DNA of 64,000 bases from Candidatus Bathyarchaeota archaeon (GCA_963832745.1 CAWHVC010000004.1:96001-160000); one strand, 5' to 3'; numbered from the stretch's first letter, positions 10,676 to 22,725 are shown. Notes: a model not told the origin generated them from the letters alone. Translations and numbers: made by a program.

Positions 10676-11590
10676 TTGAACGAAGTCACTGATTATTATT
10701 CATGCTTAGAAAAAAAGGCAAAATTTATAATCGTTACATGCACCAAGAATGAAGAAAGCATGTTACCCCTTCTTAGTGCTTCTATCTGTAACAGTAATAT
10801 CTTGCCTATGCTTTGGGTTATTGCAGATGGCGGAAGTACGGATTCCACAGTTAAATTAATTCAGGAAAATGAACATGAATGTCCCTTCGTAAAAGGTTTC
10901 TTAATTAAAGATGAACATATCTTGCCCATTGAAAGATATGGTTTTACTGTACGAAAAGGCTTTGACTATGCTGAACGAATTTGTAAAGAAAAAGGATGGG
11001 CTTACGATTTTCTTTGTTTGGTAGATGTAGACGTTATTTTTCCAAAAGATTACTTCACTGCTTTGCTTAACGAATTCAGCAATGACCCCAAACTAGGTTT
11101 AGCAAGCGGAGCTTTCTGCGACGAACATAAAAATTTAGTGTTGAAAAACAAATTTAACGAGCCTAAAGGTCCAATATTAGTTTTTCGAAAGGAATGCTAT
11201 GAGGATATTAGTGGTTTTCCTAATGTGGCTTCGCCTGATACAGTTTCTATCTTAAAAGCTAAAAATAGAGGTTGGACTGTAAAAGAATTCCCTAATATCC
11301 GTGCAGTTCACAGGAGGGAATTTGCCAGTAAGAAAGGTCTTTGGAGGGGCTATTTTATGAGTGGAAAAACGAATTACTACTTAAATTATCATCCAGTTAA
11401 CGCTTTGTTAACTAGTTTGTACTATTTAGTTTTTAAAAGTCATAGATACATAGGACTCGCTTATTTGTTAGGCTATATAACAAGTGCACTTTCTAGAGAG
11501 CAAAAAATAAGCGACCCTGAGGTAAAAAACTATTTTTGGTTAAGTTTTTACCGGCTTACTTTGAAAGTTCTATTAAAAAAGGCAAGTTGA
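10676..11590 (+). CDS. GT2 glycosyltransferase
   Basis: KNEE, DGGSTD, DVD motifs. Confidence 0.85.
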   Translation: MNEVTDYYSCLEKKAKFIIVTCTKNEESMLPLLSASICNSNILPMLWVIADGGSTDSTVKLIQENEHECPFVKGFLIKDEHILPIERYGFTVRKGFDYAERICKEKGWAYDFLCLVDVDVIFPKDYFTALLNEFSNDPKLGLASGAFCDEHKNLVLKNKFNEPKGPILVFRKECYEDISGFPNVASPDTVSILKAKNRGWTVKEFPNIRAVHRREFASKKGLWRGYFMSGKTNYYLNYHPVNALLTSLYYLVFKSHRYIGLAYLLGYITSALSREQKISDPEVKNYFWLSFYRLTLKVLLKKAS

Positions 11591-11599
11591 TAGTTTCTA

Positions 11600-12877
11600 A
11601 TGAATAGCGCTAATTCTTTGAGAATTCTGTTTATAGCTGATGAAAGTACGCATATTGCTATCTTTCATAAAATTATAGTTGAATTAAATAAAATAATGCC
11701 TGTATGGTTTAAGATAATATATTCAAATAGCCTGTCAACCAATCCTCTTAGTATCAGGTTTTACTGTAAATATGAACTTAAAAATTACAAAAAAATTATC
11801 GAGAAAGTTCATCCTGACTTACTAATAGTAGCTAACGATCAAGGAATAAAAACTGCATTTATTAGAATTTGTAAGCTAAAAAAAATTCCTTCGATAGTTA
11901 TACAGGATGGTCTTCTCATCAATAATGAGCCGAAGGGAATTAAGCGCTTTCTTGCTTACCAAAATTACTTACTTTGGAGTGTATTCTCACGTTTAACCGA
12001 AATTTCAGTAATAGCCAAGTTGTCGTTTTTGGTTGGACGCCAGTGGTGCATTCCCTCCTGGGGAACTGGTAATGCTGACTATATCACGGCTATGGGTAAC
12101 TATTCAAGGCAAGTTCTGATATCAAGAGGTGTTTCTTCTGATAGAATAGTTGTTACTGGTTATCCTTTACTTGATGACTTTTATTTTAGCAATTTGGAAA
12201 CTGAATTCACACGTTTTAAGTGGCAAACAGCCGAAGGCAATCAGCCTGTAGTGCTTTTATTTACTCAGCCTTTGGTTGAGGATGGTTTGTGGGCTTTGCC
12301 GTTGCGATCCTTGCATTTTAATTCAGTAGTTGATGCTGTTAAACATGTTAATGGTAAGCTTGTTGTGAAAGTGCATCCTAGAGAAGATATTAAAACTTAC
12401 CAATTGTTAGCCAGTAAATATAGTGGAGTTTCGATAGAGGTAGTAAAAGAGTTTAGCGTTGATACTTTGATTTTGGACTCCGATGTTGTGGTAACTGTTA
12501 GTTCAACGGTTGGGTTGTGGGCAATAGCTTATAATAAACCGCTAATAGTTGTAAACTATTTTCCGCAAGGAAACACAGAAAACTTGCTTAAGAACTTGGC
12601 AACTACCATAAACGACCCACAAGAATTATCCGGAGTTTTAAGCCAGATTTTAACCGATAGGATCTATCGAGTAAAATTGATAGAAAAACAAATGTGCCAC
12701 ATTCAAGACCACTTATACCGTTTAGATGGCTGCGCCTGCCAACGGATTGCAAAACTAATACTATCTATCACTAAAAACAAGCTCGCCCTTGAACAGAAAA
12801 CCCCCCAACCCCTTAAATGCTGTGACCCTTTTAACCTTTTTAAAGGTCGTTTTTCACTAACAAGGTACAATAGGTAA
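11600..12877 (+). CDS. GT-B protein of UDP-GlcNAc 2-epimerase/TagF/KpsS-like type; candidate nonulosonate (sialyl)transferase
   Basis: IQDG, TGYP, VKVHPRE, SSTVG motifs; same island as NeuA/NeuB. Confidence 0.65.
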   Translation: MNSANSLRILFIADESTHIAIFHKIIVELNKIMPVWFKIIYSNSLSTNPLSIRFYCKYELKNYKKIIEKVHPDLLIVANDQGIKTAFIRICKLKKIPSIVIQDGLLINNEPKGIKRFLAYQNYLLWSVFSRLTEISVIAKLSFLVGRQWCIPSWGTGNADYITAMGNYSRQVLISRGVSSDRIVVTGYPLLDDFYFSNLETEFTRFKWQTAEGNQPVVLLFTQPLVEDGLWALPLRSLHFNSVVDAVKHVNGKLVVKVHPREDIKTYQLLASKYSGVSIEVVKEFSVDTLILDSDVVVTVSSTVGLWAIAYNKPLIVVNYFPQGNTENLLKNLATTINDPQELSGVLSQILTDRIYRVKLIEKQMCHIQDHLYRLDGCACQRIAKLILSITKNKLALEQKTPQPLKCCDPFNLFKGRFSLTRYNR

Positions 12878-12886
12878 AGAGATGGC

Positions 12887-15800
12887 ATGAAAAGAACGAC
12901 CTATTGGATAATACTCAGTGGAATAGCTGCTTTATTTATACTGTTTTTACTAGGGTCATTTCCGTTAGCATTATGCTTTTCAATACTTTTCTTTTTATTA
13001 TCAGTCACTATCGGCAAGATGCTTTTTACTAACAACGACACTGTTAACGGTATTACGCTTCCAAAAGTAAACGTTAACAAAATTTTTGAAAGCATCCCAT
13101 ATCTTTTGGCAATAGTCGGTAGCATTTTAATTGCGTTCTCGCCTCCATTAAATTTGACCCTTGCCAATAATTCGGTTTTACTTACTTTCTCTTCTCTTTC
13201 AACCGTTTTAATTGTAAAAATACTTTTCAGTCTTTTTCTTATGAGTTTTTTCCCTGGATACATTCTATGTAGACGATTCTTTAACTCTTTTTCAGGAGTT
13301 GAGAAAGCCGGTTTAACTCTTGCTTTAAGCTACTGCTTTAATGCAATCTTAGGGCTACTCCTATCAAGCCTTAACGTATTATCTCCCGTTTCATACTTAA
13401 TTTCCACATGGCTTTTTGTCATAATAATCCTGATAACTAACATTTCAAAAAACTTAGTGCATACGGCTCAAGTATCCTCACAGTATATTCTACGTTGGGA
13501 AACTATTTTGGTACTTTTAACAAGCATAACATTGTTGATTGGAAGCTATGGCATGGCAGTATCCATTGGCCCAATAAGCGGATTGTTCGGTGGCGATCCT
13601 GCTAGGTATATGGTTTATACAAATCAGTATTTTCAGTTAAACATAGCTTCCTATATACCTTGGTTAAGCTCTTACATGCTTATAGGCACGGTTCTAACTG
13701 GTCTGCCTTTGATTTATGTCTATTCTATTATTCAATACTTAGTTCTGCTAGTACCATTCTCCGTTTACTTCTTCATTAAAACATTATTTCCCCAACAAAA
13801 AAAGGCTGCAAGTATAAGTGCATTCATGGTTTCGGTGTTATATGGCTTAAGCAGTTTGCCATTTGTAGCAAGACTTGCAGGGGCACCCTCTCTTTTCACT
13901 GGTTATCTTAACGGTGAGGTTCAATCAACTCTCAGCCAATTCATAAAAATTTTTTGGGCAAACACTCAAAGTTATGTATTATGGAATAGGACAATCGAGT
14001 ATGGCTTAGCTTTTCTAGCATTGGCTTTGCTTTTCAACTACCTGCATAACGATAAGAGAAACGGAAACTTTTCATGTCTTTTAGTAGGCATTTTATTTCT
14101 TAACGCTGCACTCTTTACGCATAGTGCATTTCTAGCCATTCCAGTTTTGAGTACAATTCTTATTTATTCCTTACTTCAGCCCAGTTGCAAGCGTAAACTG
14201 CTTAACATCTCTATTGTATTTGCACTGTTTTTCCTTTCTTTAATTTTAATAACTAACTCGTCATTTTTAAACCAGTTATTAACTCTCGTCGAATATTCCT
14301 TGTTTTCTATTGGAGACTCCAATGCTATACAGAAGTTAGGTATTTTGATGTTAATTTTGTTTCCTACATTTATATTAATACTTTTTAGAGATGAGCTCAA
14401 AATAAAAATTAACTTTTCAAGTTTTCGAAAGGTTAAAAAATTCCATTTGACTATGCCCAACAAGATCCAACGTTGGATAATAGCGTTGCTATTTGTTTCA
14501 TTGTCACTTTTTCTTTGCTATTTAAACTATGATAATTTGTACACTAATACAATGGCTTCTGCTTCAAATCCTTGGTTTGTCTGGGTTGCCTACTTTGGTT
14601 TACAAATAGCTTTAATAATAGTATACCTTCCAATAGTATTTAGAAAATCTGAGCGACGGTCAATATTTTTTTTGTTATCTTTCATCTTTTCGATAGTGGC
14701 TCTATCAGTATTATCATGCCTTCAAATAGTTGTTTTCGTGTCAGGCCTTGGTGCCATGTATCTGTTTTTTATGGCGTATCCGTTAAGTTGTATAGCTGGT
14801 ATAGCTTTAAGTATCTACTCTTCAAGCTCTACTAACCCTCCCAAAGAGCCAACAAAAAATAAACCTTTTAGAATAGGTTTATCTAAAAACAAGCGAAAAC
14901 TATTCTATACCATCGTCACTACTTTTTTACTATTATCAATTGCTGCCTCATTTCTTTCTTACGCTTACTCAGTGTCAATTGATTACCCTCAAGATTTGAC
15001 TCGTCCACGCTTATCAACTTCTGATGCAACGATTCTCCAATTGATGTACAATTCTCTTCCCAAAAGTTCCGTAATAATAGCTCTCTCTGAAAATAGTTAC
15101 CAAATGCTATGTAGTATTTTACCCAACAAAATTCTGCCAATCTATCTAAACATAAACGAAGGCCCTGCGGGTGGTACATGGGCAAGAAACGCAGTTTTGG
15201 AATCTAGTTTACCTGAAGCTGTATTATCAAGTTTGTACCAGTTAGGTGCTACAGATGTTTTTGTGAGTTCAGCTGATGCTTCGTTATTTTCTAATTCAAA
15301 TACTACGTTTGTCTTTAGTAAATGATTTTCCGATAAAATATTCATCAGATAATGTAAAATTGTATAAAATTCCATCTATTCTGTATAGTGACTCAAACTA
15401 TCATTTGGTTTCTGGATTAAATGGTTATCCCTCAAAACAGCCTGTATTCATTGATGTTGACCCTTCCCCAACTGTTATTTTTCCTACTAATCAAAGTACA
15501 TTTTGGGAAGTTACTGCCTTAGATGAAGGAAAAGGCTCTATAGGGTTGCCTGTACTTTCAGAGGATTCTGTAGAGGCATGCGGGAATAGGCGTTTGATGA
15601 TAAGCGTTGGTTCCGGAACTTATTCGAGATGGCAAATTAAACATTCATTTAATGTATCTCAAGATTGGTCACAGTATGACTACCTAGGTTTCTATTGGTT
15701 TGGCACAAATACTAGTGCAACCCTGAGTCTAGGGGCTAACAGTCAACTTAGTGGCTATAATTATCAAAGATATGATTTTGTAGATAATTGGATTGGTTGG

Positions 15801-17229
15801 AAACTGCTTGTAGCCCCACTGAATAAACCGGATGAATCTAGTGCAGGCTGGGTCCGGACGTCACAAGAATAAACAAGATAACTATCGGATTTTGGAACTC
15901 CAGAAACGTTAACGGCACTTTTTCGTTAAATAATGTTACACTAGGTATAGGTCGTTGGATTGAACAGGATTCGTTTGTTCCATCTGACCAATTCCTTACC
16001 AAGTTGCTAGTGAGGGGTTCAGTGCCTTATTCAATAACTCCCGAAAATAGTTTGAATACTCTAGACTCTAACAATGTCTATTTTTTCGCAAATAACCCTT
16101 GTTATGTTTCTTCAGGGCTCTTTAGTAATTTAACCTATTTTGTTAAAAATGGGGCTAATGTCATTTTTACAAATCCTAATTTTGAAGTTCCATGTGCTGA
16201 TTCTACAATTGAGTATTCAATTCCAAATTTGATGAATTACACTTTGACGCTGAATCCCTTGCATGAAAAGTCAATAACTCTAAATAGTAATAGCCAATCA
16301 ATTAATCTCCTTGTTAATGACGCCTTATCGATTGTGTTTTGGGAACTAAGCAGGAATAGAAACAATTGCAAGTTTTAACTTTTCAGACGGGACTAGCGCT
16401 CCTTATATTCTTAGGGAAAAAATTGGCAGTGGATCAATTATATTTGTCGATTTTTCTGTTATATCAGGTCTTTCAATGACTTCTAAAAATGAAATATTAG
16501 ATTTTACTATAGCAATATTGTTAGAAATAATTCCGCCGGCGAATGATTCATTCAATTTTCAACAATTGTCAATTCCTTCACAGGTTTTTAGTGATAAAGC
16601 TTTCAGTGGTACGACCTTTGATTTGTGGAGCAGCCCGGACTTACGCAATAAGTTAACAATATGATAGTGATGTAATAATTCAGGGATCTTTTTCTGTTTC
16701 TTCTGGTTGTATGAAGATGAATTCTGATAGTTTCTATATTGACAAACTACTAATAACTCAAGGTAACAATAGCTATTTTATCGACGATGAATCGGTACGT
16801 AATATTAGCATCTATGGGTCTGGCCAAATATCGTTTAATTCCTCAATTGCAGAATTACACAATTGGCCAACGGGTCAATATAGCATACTTAACGTTACTG
16901 ATTATAGTTCTTCATTAGTTGTTATTACTTGTTACAATGCGACTATTTCGTATGAAACTCAATCAAATGAGACAATATCTTATAGAGGCAATTTTAATCT
17001 TACTTATATTTCAACAGGTAATCCAATATTTATTCGAGCTGAAAAACCTATTTTTGAGATAAATGGGAGTGTTGATGGACGCATGCATGGGGGTTTAATT
17101 TATGATAATTATTACATATACAAGCGTGCAGAACAAACTTCAATTAAAGGTAATTTTTCATTAGTTATACAGTATTCTTCTGGCATTATTTTCGCTGAAA
17201 TGAAAGATGTATGCAATATATTCAATTAG
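12887..17229 (+). CDS. Very large membrane protein (GT-C-like TM region plus beta-rich extracellular domains), broken by several frameshifts
   Basis: Contiguous co-oriented fragments 12887-15325, 15276-15872, 16004-16378, 16476-16664, 16711-17229 read as one protein; CBM-like DWSQYDYLGFYW...WIGWK segment. Confidence 0.6.
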
Positions 17230-17346
17230 TGAATCTTCTAATGACTGCTCAATAGGGTACTACACTGTTATCAGAAAAACAAATTAGCCAACCTTCTTAG
17301 CCAAGTATTCTCAAAATATATAACTTGCAAAGATAGTTTATCCCTC

Positions 17347-18310
17347 ATGTTAGGTAGCAGATACGCATTTGACGGTCAAACGGTAATAAACCTTTGAAAT
17401 CGCAAGTCAATTCAAAAGAGGAATTACTTCAAAACATAACTGTAGGAAAATATCGGCGCGAAGAGATAAAATGTGAATGCGATTCAAACTCTTTTGAATT
17501 ACTATCTGAAAAAGACCGGTACGGTATTCCAGTGAAAACTGTTATCTGCAAAAAATGTGGGCTCATCCGCCAAAATCCCCGTTTAAATGCAGAATCATTA
17601 AGCGATTTTTATGCTAAGCTATATAGGGGTTTGTATGAAAGTTCATCTGTTTCTGCGTTATTTAACAACCAATTACATAGAGGAAAAAAATAATAAAGTG
17701 GATAAACCAAAAATTGGGTTACCTTCCCGAAAAAGTTATTGAAATTGGTTGTGGAGCTGGGGGCATTCTTAAAGCATTTCAGAACATGGGTTGTAAGACG
17801 TTAGGTATAGATTTTAATCAAAAATATCTCGATTTTGGAATTGCAAACGGTTTAGATTTGCGACTTGGTGGCACAGGTGTATTAAAAGACTATACCGCTG
17901 ACCTAGTTATTCTTTCCCATGTTGTTGAACACTTTTCAGACCTGAACAAAGAATTAAGTGCTATTGGTAACTTGCTAAAAGCATCTGGTCATTTGTACGT
18001 GGAAGTTCCTGGAGTTTTTAATTTACGCCCTTATTCTTTTGATTTCCTTCGAAGCCTTCAAAATGCCCATAACTACTATTTTACGCTAGGGACTTTAACG
18101 CAAGTTATGGCGAAATATAGTTGGAGTCTAAAATATGGCGACGAAAGGGTTCGCTCACTATTTATTTTAACTAATAAGAAAGACGACATATCGCAAAACC
18201 ATTACTTTGTAACTATGCATAAACTAAATCAATACGAAAGAATACGTCCCTTATTGCGACCGCAATTAAGCAGTTTGATGAATAACCTTTTGTGGTTAAT
18301 CGATATATAA
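17347..18310 (+). CDS. Class I SAM methyltransferase with N-terminal Zn-binding module, frameshifted (~17392, ~17690)
   Basis: CxC...CxxCG module in 17394-17693 joins EIGCGAG, SHVVEH, YVEVP in 17714-18310 across an A-run. Confidence 0.8.
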
Positions 18311-18404
18311 TTTATTTAAAAAACGCTTGTAGTTAAGCCTTTCATTTTTTCAATATTTTTAAATATCATAGAATAGCCTACGTAACCTAAGCGGTCGTTT
18401 CACT

Positions 18405-19580
18405 GTGTATAAAGGTCATTACATCATATCTATTATTCCTGCACGTGGGGGAAGTAAAGGTGTTCCGCGCAAGAATATCAAAGAGTTATGTGGCAAACCT
18501 TTGGTTGCTCATTCGATAATACACTCTTTGCACTCTCAGTATGTTGATAAGACTATTGTTTCGACTGAGGATCTAGAAATTGCCGATGTTAGCCTAAAAT
18601 ATGGTGCTGAGGTAATTTTACGACCGCAGGAACTGGCTACCGATGAAACTCCGACTGAACCCGTTATGATCAATGTTTTATCTCAACTCGCTAAGGATAA
18701 TATTGTTCCTGATTATGTTGTTCTGTTACAACCTACTTCACCCATCCGGTTGTCTGCTGACATTGATCAAGCAATTAGAAAAATTATTGATGATAAAGCT
18801 GATTCATTGATTAGTGTCCGTGAAAACAGTTCCTTCTTCTGGTCTAAGGAAAACGAACCTTTAAATTATGACTATCAAAAAAGGCCACGCAGGCAAGATA
18901 AGCAATGGGAACTAATTGAGAATGGTTCGATATACATAACCAAAAGAGAGATTTTAGTTAATGAAAAGAACCGGATAGGTGGGCGTATATTAACTTACCT
19001 TATGCCTGAATGGGCTTCATTTGAGATAGATACTGCCTTTGACTTTGATTTGATAGAATTTATCGCACGAAAATATTTTTCTAACTCTATTACTGGACTT
19101 GAAGGCATAAAGCTTGCTATTTTTGATGTTGATGGTGTTTTTACCGATGGCTCTGTTTATTTGGGTGAAAATGGTCAAGAAATGTTAAAGTTTTCTAGAG
19201 TAGATGGCAAGGGCATTGAATTGTTACAGAGAACAGCTATCGAAATTGCTGTAATAACATCGGAAGATAACGCTATAGTTAGAGAAAGAATGAAGAAATT
19301 GAGTATTAATCGTGTTTATACTGGTATAAAAGATAAAAAATGCATTTATGACTTATTAAAAAAAGAACTAAACATAACAGATGAGGCAGTTGCCTACTGT
19401 GGTGATGATACAGGTGATTTAGTTCCAATTAAAAATGCAGGATTCACTGCTTGCCCTCGTAATGCCGTTGATGTAATAAAGCATGAATGCATGTACGTTT
19501 CATCCCTTACCGGTGGTTCAGGTTTTGTTCGGGAAATATGTGACTTAATCATTGCTTCTAAGGAGAAATCTAAAGAATGA
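18405..19580 (+). CDS. neuA: Bifunctional CMP-nonulosonate synthetase / KdsC-family HAD phosphatase
   Basis: IPARGGSKGVPRKN, LQPTSP, ENG, EIDT; then FDVDGVFTDG, DGKG, GDDTGD, GGSGFVRE. Confidence 0.9.
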   Translation: MYKGHYIISIIPARGGSKGVPRKNIKELCGKPLVAHSIIHSLHSQYVDKTIVSTEDLEIADVSLKYGAEVILRPQELATDETPTEPVMINVLSQLAKDNIVPDYVVLLQPTSPIRLSADIDQAIRKIIDDKADSLISVRENSSFFWSKENEPLNYDYQKRPRRQDKQWELIENGSIYITKREILVNEKNRIGGRILTYLMPEWASFEIDTAFDFDLIEFIARKYFSNSITGLEGIKLAIFDVDGVFTDGSVYLGENGQEMLKFSRVDGKGIELLQRTAIEIAVITSEDNAIVRERMKKLSINRVYTGIKDKKCIYDLLKKELNITDEAVAYCGDDTGDLVPIKNAGFTACPRNAVDVIKHECMYVSSLTGGSGFVREICDLIIASKEKSKE

Positions 19581-20452
19581 ATTTAAAAATAGGAAACAAA
19601 GAAATTTCTAATAATAGTCCAATTTTTTTCATAGCTGAAATTGGCATAAATCATAATGGTGACATTGAAAAAGCAAAAGAGCTAATTGATTTAGCTAGTT
19701 TCTGTAAATGCGACGCTGTTAAGTTTCAAAAAAGAACCCCTGAACTTTGCGTCCCCGAAAAACAAAGAGACACCCTTAAGGACACTCCATGGGGCAAAAT
19801 GACTTATTTTGACTATAAAAGAAAAATCGAATTTGAGGAAGAAGAATATAAAATAATTGATGATTACTGTAAAAGGAAAGACATAGTTTGGTTTGCTTCA
19901 CCTTGGGATACGCCCAGTGTCGATTTTTTGGAAAAGTTTGATGTACCTTGTTATAAAATACCTTCAGCAATGATTACAAACAAGGCTCTTTTGCAAAAGA
20001 TTAAAGATACCGATAAACCGATTTTTCTATCTACGGGAATGAGCACTGTAGATGAAATTGACAATGCGATAAACGCTCTTAGCGGTCAACCCATAGTTTT
20101 GATGCATTGTAATTCTTCGTATCCTTCTGATGCTTCAGAACTAAATTTGCGAGTGATCGAACTGTATCGGCAAAAATACTCCGATTGTATTATTGGCTAT
20201 AGTGGTCATGAAAAAGGTTACGCTGCATCCCTCGTTGCTGCAGTCTTAGGTGCAAAAGTTGTCGAACGACATATTACCCTTGATAGAACAATGTGGGGGA
20301 GTGACCAAGCAGCAAGTTTAGAACTAGATGGGTTACGGCGGTTAGTTAGAGATTTATCTTCTCTTGATATGTGGTTGGGTGATGGTGAGAAAAAAATTTA
20401 CCCTTCTGAACTTCCGATAAGAGCAAAACTAAGACCGTCCAATGATACTTAA
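19577..20452 (+). CDS. neuB: NeuB-family nonulosonate synthase lacking the C-terminal SAF domain
   Basis: IAEIGINHNGD, VKFQKR, GYSGHE, ERHITLDRTMWGSDQ. Confidence 0.92.
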   Translation: MNLKIGNKEISNNSPIFFIAEIGINHNGDIEKAKELIDLASFCKCDAVKFQKRTPELCVPEKQRDTLKDTPWGKMTYFDYKRKIEFEEEEYKIIDDYCKRKDIVWFASPWDTPSVDFLEKFDVPCYKIPSAMITNKALLQKIKDTDKPIFLSTGMSTVDEIDNAINALSGQPIVLMHCNSSYPSDASELNLRVIELYRQKYSDCIIGYSGHEKGYAASLVAAVLGAKVVERHITLDRTMWGSDQAASLELDGLRRLVRDLSSLDMWLGDGEKKIYPSELPIRAKLRPSNDT

Positions 20453-20720
20453 TTCTTTTCTACTTCCTTACTTTGTTGGTATCAGTTATTACTTTAGGAT
20501 TATTTTGGTAAGCGAAGAGTAAATAGTTAAGATGGATTATTTTTTCGACGCTTCAGGCAGCAACTATTCTTCTTTTTTAAGGGCTTTTTAGCCTTTTATT
20601 TACTTTATGATGCGAGGTCTTAGTTGATTTGATTTTGCTTCAAAAAACAACCCACAATAAAGCAATTGAAAAAACAAAAAATGGCTTGTTTTACTGCTTT
20701 TTTCAGATACTTATTTGTGT

Positions 20721-20735
20721 GTGCATAATGTGCAC
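20721..20735. promoter_or_regulatory. Imperfect palindrome GTGCAT-AAT-GTGCAC, possible operator (variant at 21058-21072)
   Basis: Seen in sequence upstream of the AbrB-like ORF; near-copy ATGTAT-AAT-GTGCAT at the TrmB start region. Confidence 0.35.
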
Positions 20736-20771
20736 AAATTGCTTTATGTGCATATAACATTTCAATTGATT

Positions 20772-20945
20772 ATGGCGACTCAGAGGCCAACAGTAAAAGC
20801 GAGAACACATCACGGCACCAGTTCCTTGGATATATCTATACTGCCGATGTAATCAAAGAGTGCAACATACACTCGGGCGATATTTTTGAGGTCACAACCA
20901 TCAACGCGAGCTAAAATCGTTACAAAGAGTTTACTCTCAACCCCG
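20772..20945 (+). pseudogene. AbrB/MazE/SpoVT-like small DNA-binding protein, frameshifted
   Basis: Manual translation MATQRPTVKARTHHGTSSLDISI / ADVIKECNIHSGDIFEV matches the swapped-hairpin consensus (xIP..v.....I..GD...V); end approximate. Confidence 0.55.
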
Positions 20946-21057
20946 TGTATATCTGCATTAAAATGGGTTGGCATCTGGTGACTTAGTCAATTCGTACCTT
21001 ATCTTTTCATATTTTGGATTTATTGCAGTGAAATTGCACAAATTATAAATTCTTTAT

Positions 21058-21925
21058 ATGTATAATGTGCATAAAATGCAACCGACTTTAACAAAGCCTG
21101 AGCGATCTCCTCAATCGTTTGGTAGTTGTGGTTTGGGTGATGTTGGTGTTTTGGTTGGTTTGGGTTTGTCTGTTAGGCAGGCTAAGGTTTATTTGGCGTT
21201 GCTTAGGGCGGGTGTGGCTAAGGTGCAGTTGGTTTCTGATTTGTCAGGTGTGCATCGTCAGGAAGTGTATCGTGTGCTTGATGGGTTGCAGCATATGGGG
21301 CTTGTTCAAAGAAAAGTCAGTAATCCTGCAACGTTTAGTGTTACACCGTTAAGTGAGGCGGTTAAGTTGTTGCTTGGCCAGAGGGCAAGTGAGCTTGATT
21401 TGGTGGCTAGGAGGGCTGAGTTGTTGGCTAAGCGTTTAGGTAAGGGGGTTGGTTTGTCGGGGTTGGAGTTTTCGCTTAGGCCGTGTTTTGGTACTATTGT
21501 TGAGGCTGATCGGGGTAGGCATTTTCGGGTTGCACTTAAGGGTGTGCATGAAGTTTTTGAGGCAGCTACGAGTTGGCGTCGTTTTAAACAGTTAAGCATA
21601 CATTTTGAAGCTCAACTGCTCAGTGCAATGCGGCGGGGCGCATCTGTTCATGTGGTAACCGAAAAACCCATCTGGGCAAACGCTTCCAAAATGGATCTCT
21701 GCTGCCCAAACCAAGTATCCATGTTTTGAACTACGCACCCTGCCAGCTCCGCCTGCGGCTGCAGTTACCATTTTCGACCACACAAAAGCAGCGATAGCCT
21801 ACAACCCCAACATCAGCTTAACAAAGGGGCCTGAACTTTGGACAGAAAACCCTACAATGACCACTTTGGCACAAGCATACTTCAAAACAGTCTGGATGCA
21901 ACCACTTGCTTTAGAAGAAAGTTGA
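21058..21925 (+). CDS. TrmB-family transcriptional regulator, frameshift ~21666
   Basis: LGLSVRQAKVYLALL...VYRVLDGLQHMGLV wHTH; shifted frame continues VTIFDH...LWTENP...YFKTVW. Confidence 0.85.
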
Positions 21926-22181
21926 ACAATAAAAAATTGTTAGCACTACTGCTTCTAAGAAACAAGTTGACTAACACGGCTGATTATACCCTTTTTAGCA
22001 AAACAAAACCAATATTGCCAAGGCATTCATCTTGTCATTAAAAACATTTCAAGTTATAAGTCGTTTAACCTTAGACTTTCTATCTAAAATTTTTTATTTT
22101 AACCATAAAACTTTGTAATTAAAACTTAAATATCCATCAAATGCATAAGCATTTTTACATTCAGGGGATTGGGTGCCAAAT

Positions 22182-22295
22182 TTGACAAGAATTGACAAAC
22201 TTCCGCTGTTAATAAAAATATTGGAAGAGCTAGAAAGATATGGCTTTGATGCGGTTATAGATTATGAGAATTGCAAGGTCCTAATACTTGATTAA
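22182..22295 (+). CDS. Putative 37-aa small protein
   Basis: TTG-started MTRIDKLPLLIKILEELERYGFDAVIDYENCKVLILD, preceded by purine-rich GGGGATTGGGTG; below ORF-track cutoff. Confidence 0.4.
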   Translation: MTRIDKLPLLIKILEELERYGFDAVIDYENCKVLILD

Positions 22296-22332
22296 ATGAA
22301 ACGTGCTCTTCTTGCCAAGTAAATGCCAAGGG

Positions 22333-22725
22333 CTAGTAAGCCGAAGAATCAAATATTTTGGAAGTAAAAAGTTCAATTTCTTTTTTGGATTCAAGAATGT
22401 TAGTAAGCAAAAGTTTGCCCTTGGGTGTCAAAGAGTAAACAGTCTTTGCGTTTTCATCCAGTTTCCTTTCTATAAACTGATCCTCTTCAAGAGAATGCAA
22501 AACACGATAAATTTCACTTACATTAAGTCTGATACCTTGCTTTTGTAAAATAATTTTTAGAATATCATAACCCGTTACTGGTTTCTTCTTGTTTAAAATC
22601 ATTAGACTTACGATGTTCAAATAATTTTTTAGAATTTTAGTCTGTATTTCTTTTGATTTTTTAGAGGCACCCTGTTTTGAAGATGTCGTTGTTTCAAGAC
22701 ATTTTTGATCAAATATGAGCGTCAA
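22333..22725 (-). CDS. PadR-family transcriptional regulator
   Basis: TGYDI, IYRVLHSLEEDQFI, YSLTPKG. Confidence 0.85.
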   Translation of the reverse strand: MTLIFDQKCLETTTSSKQGASKKSKEIQTKILKNYLNIVSLMILNKKKPVTGYDILKIILQKQGIRLNVSEIYRVLHSLEEDQFIERKLDENAKTVYSLTPKGKLLLTNILESKKEIELFTSKIFDSSAY

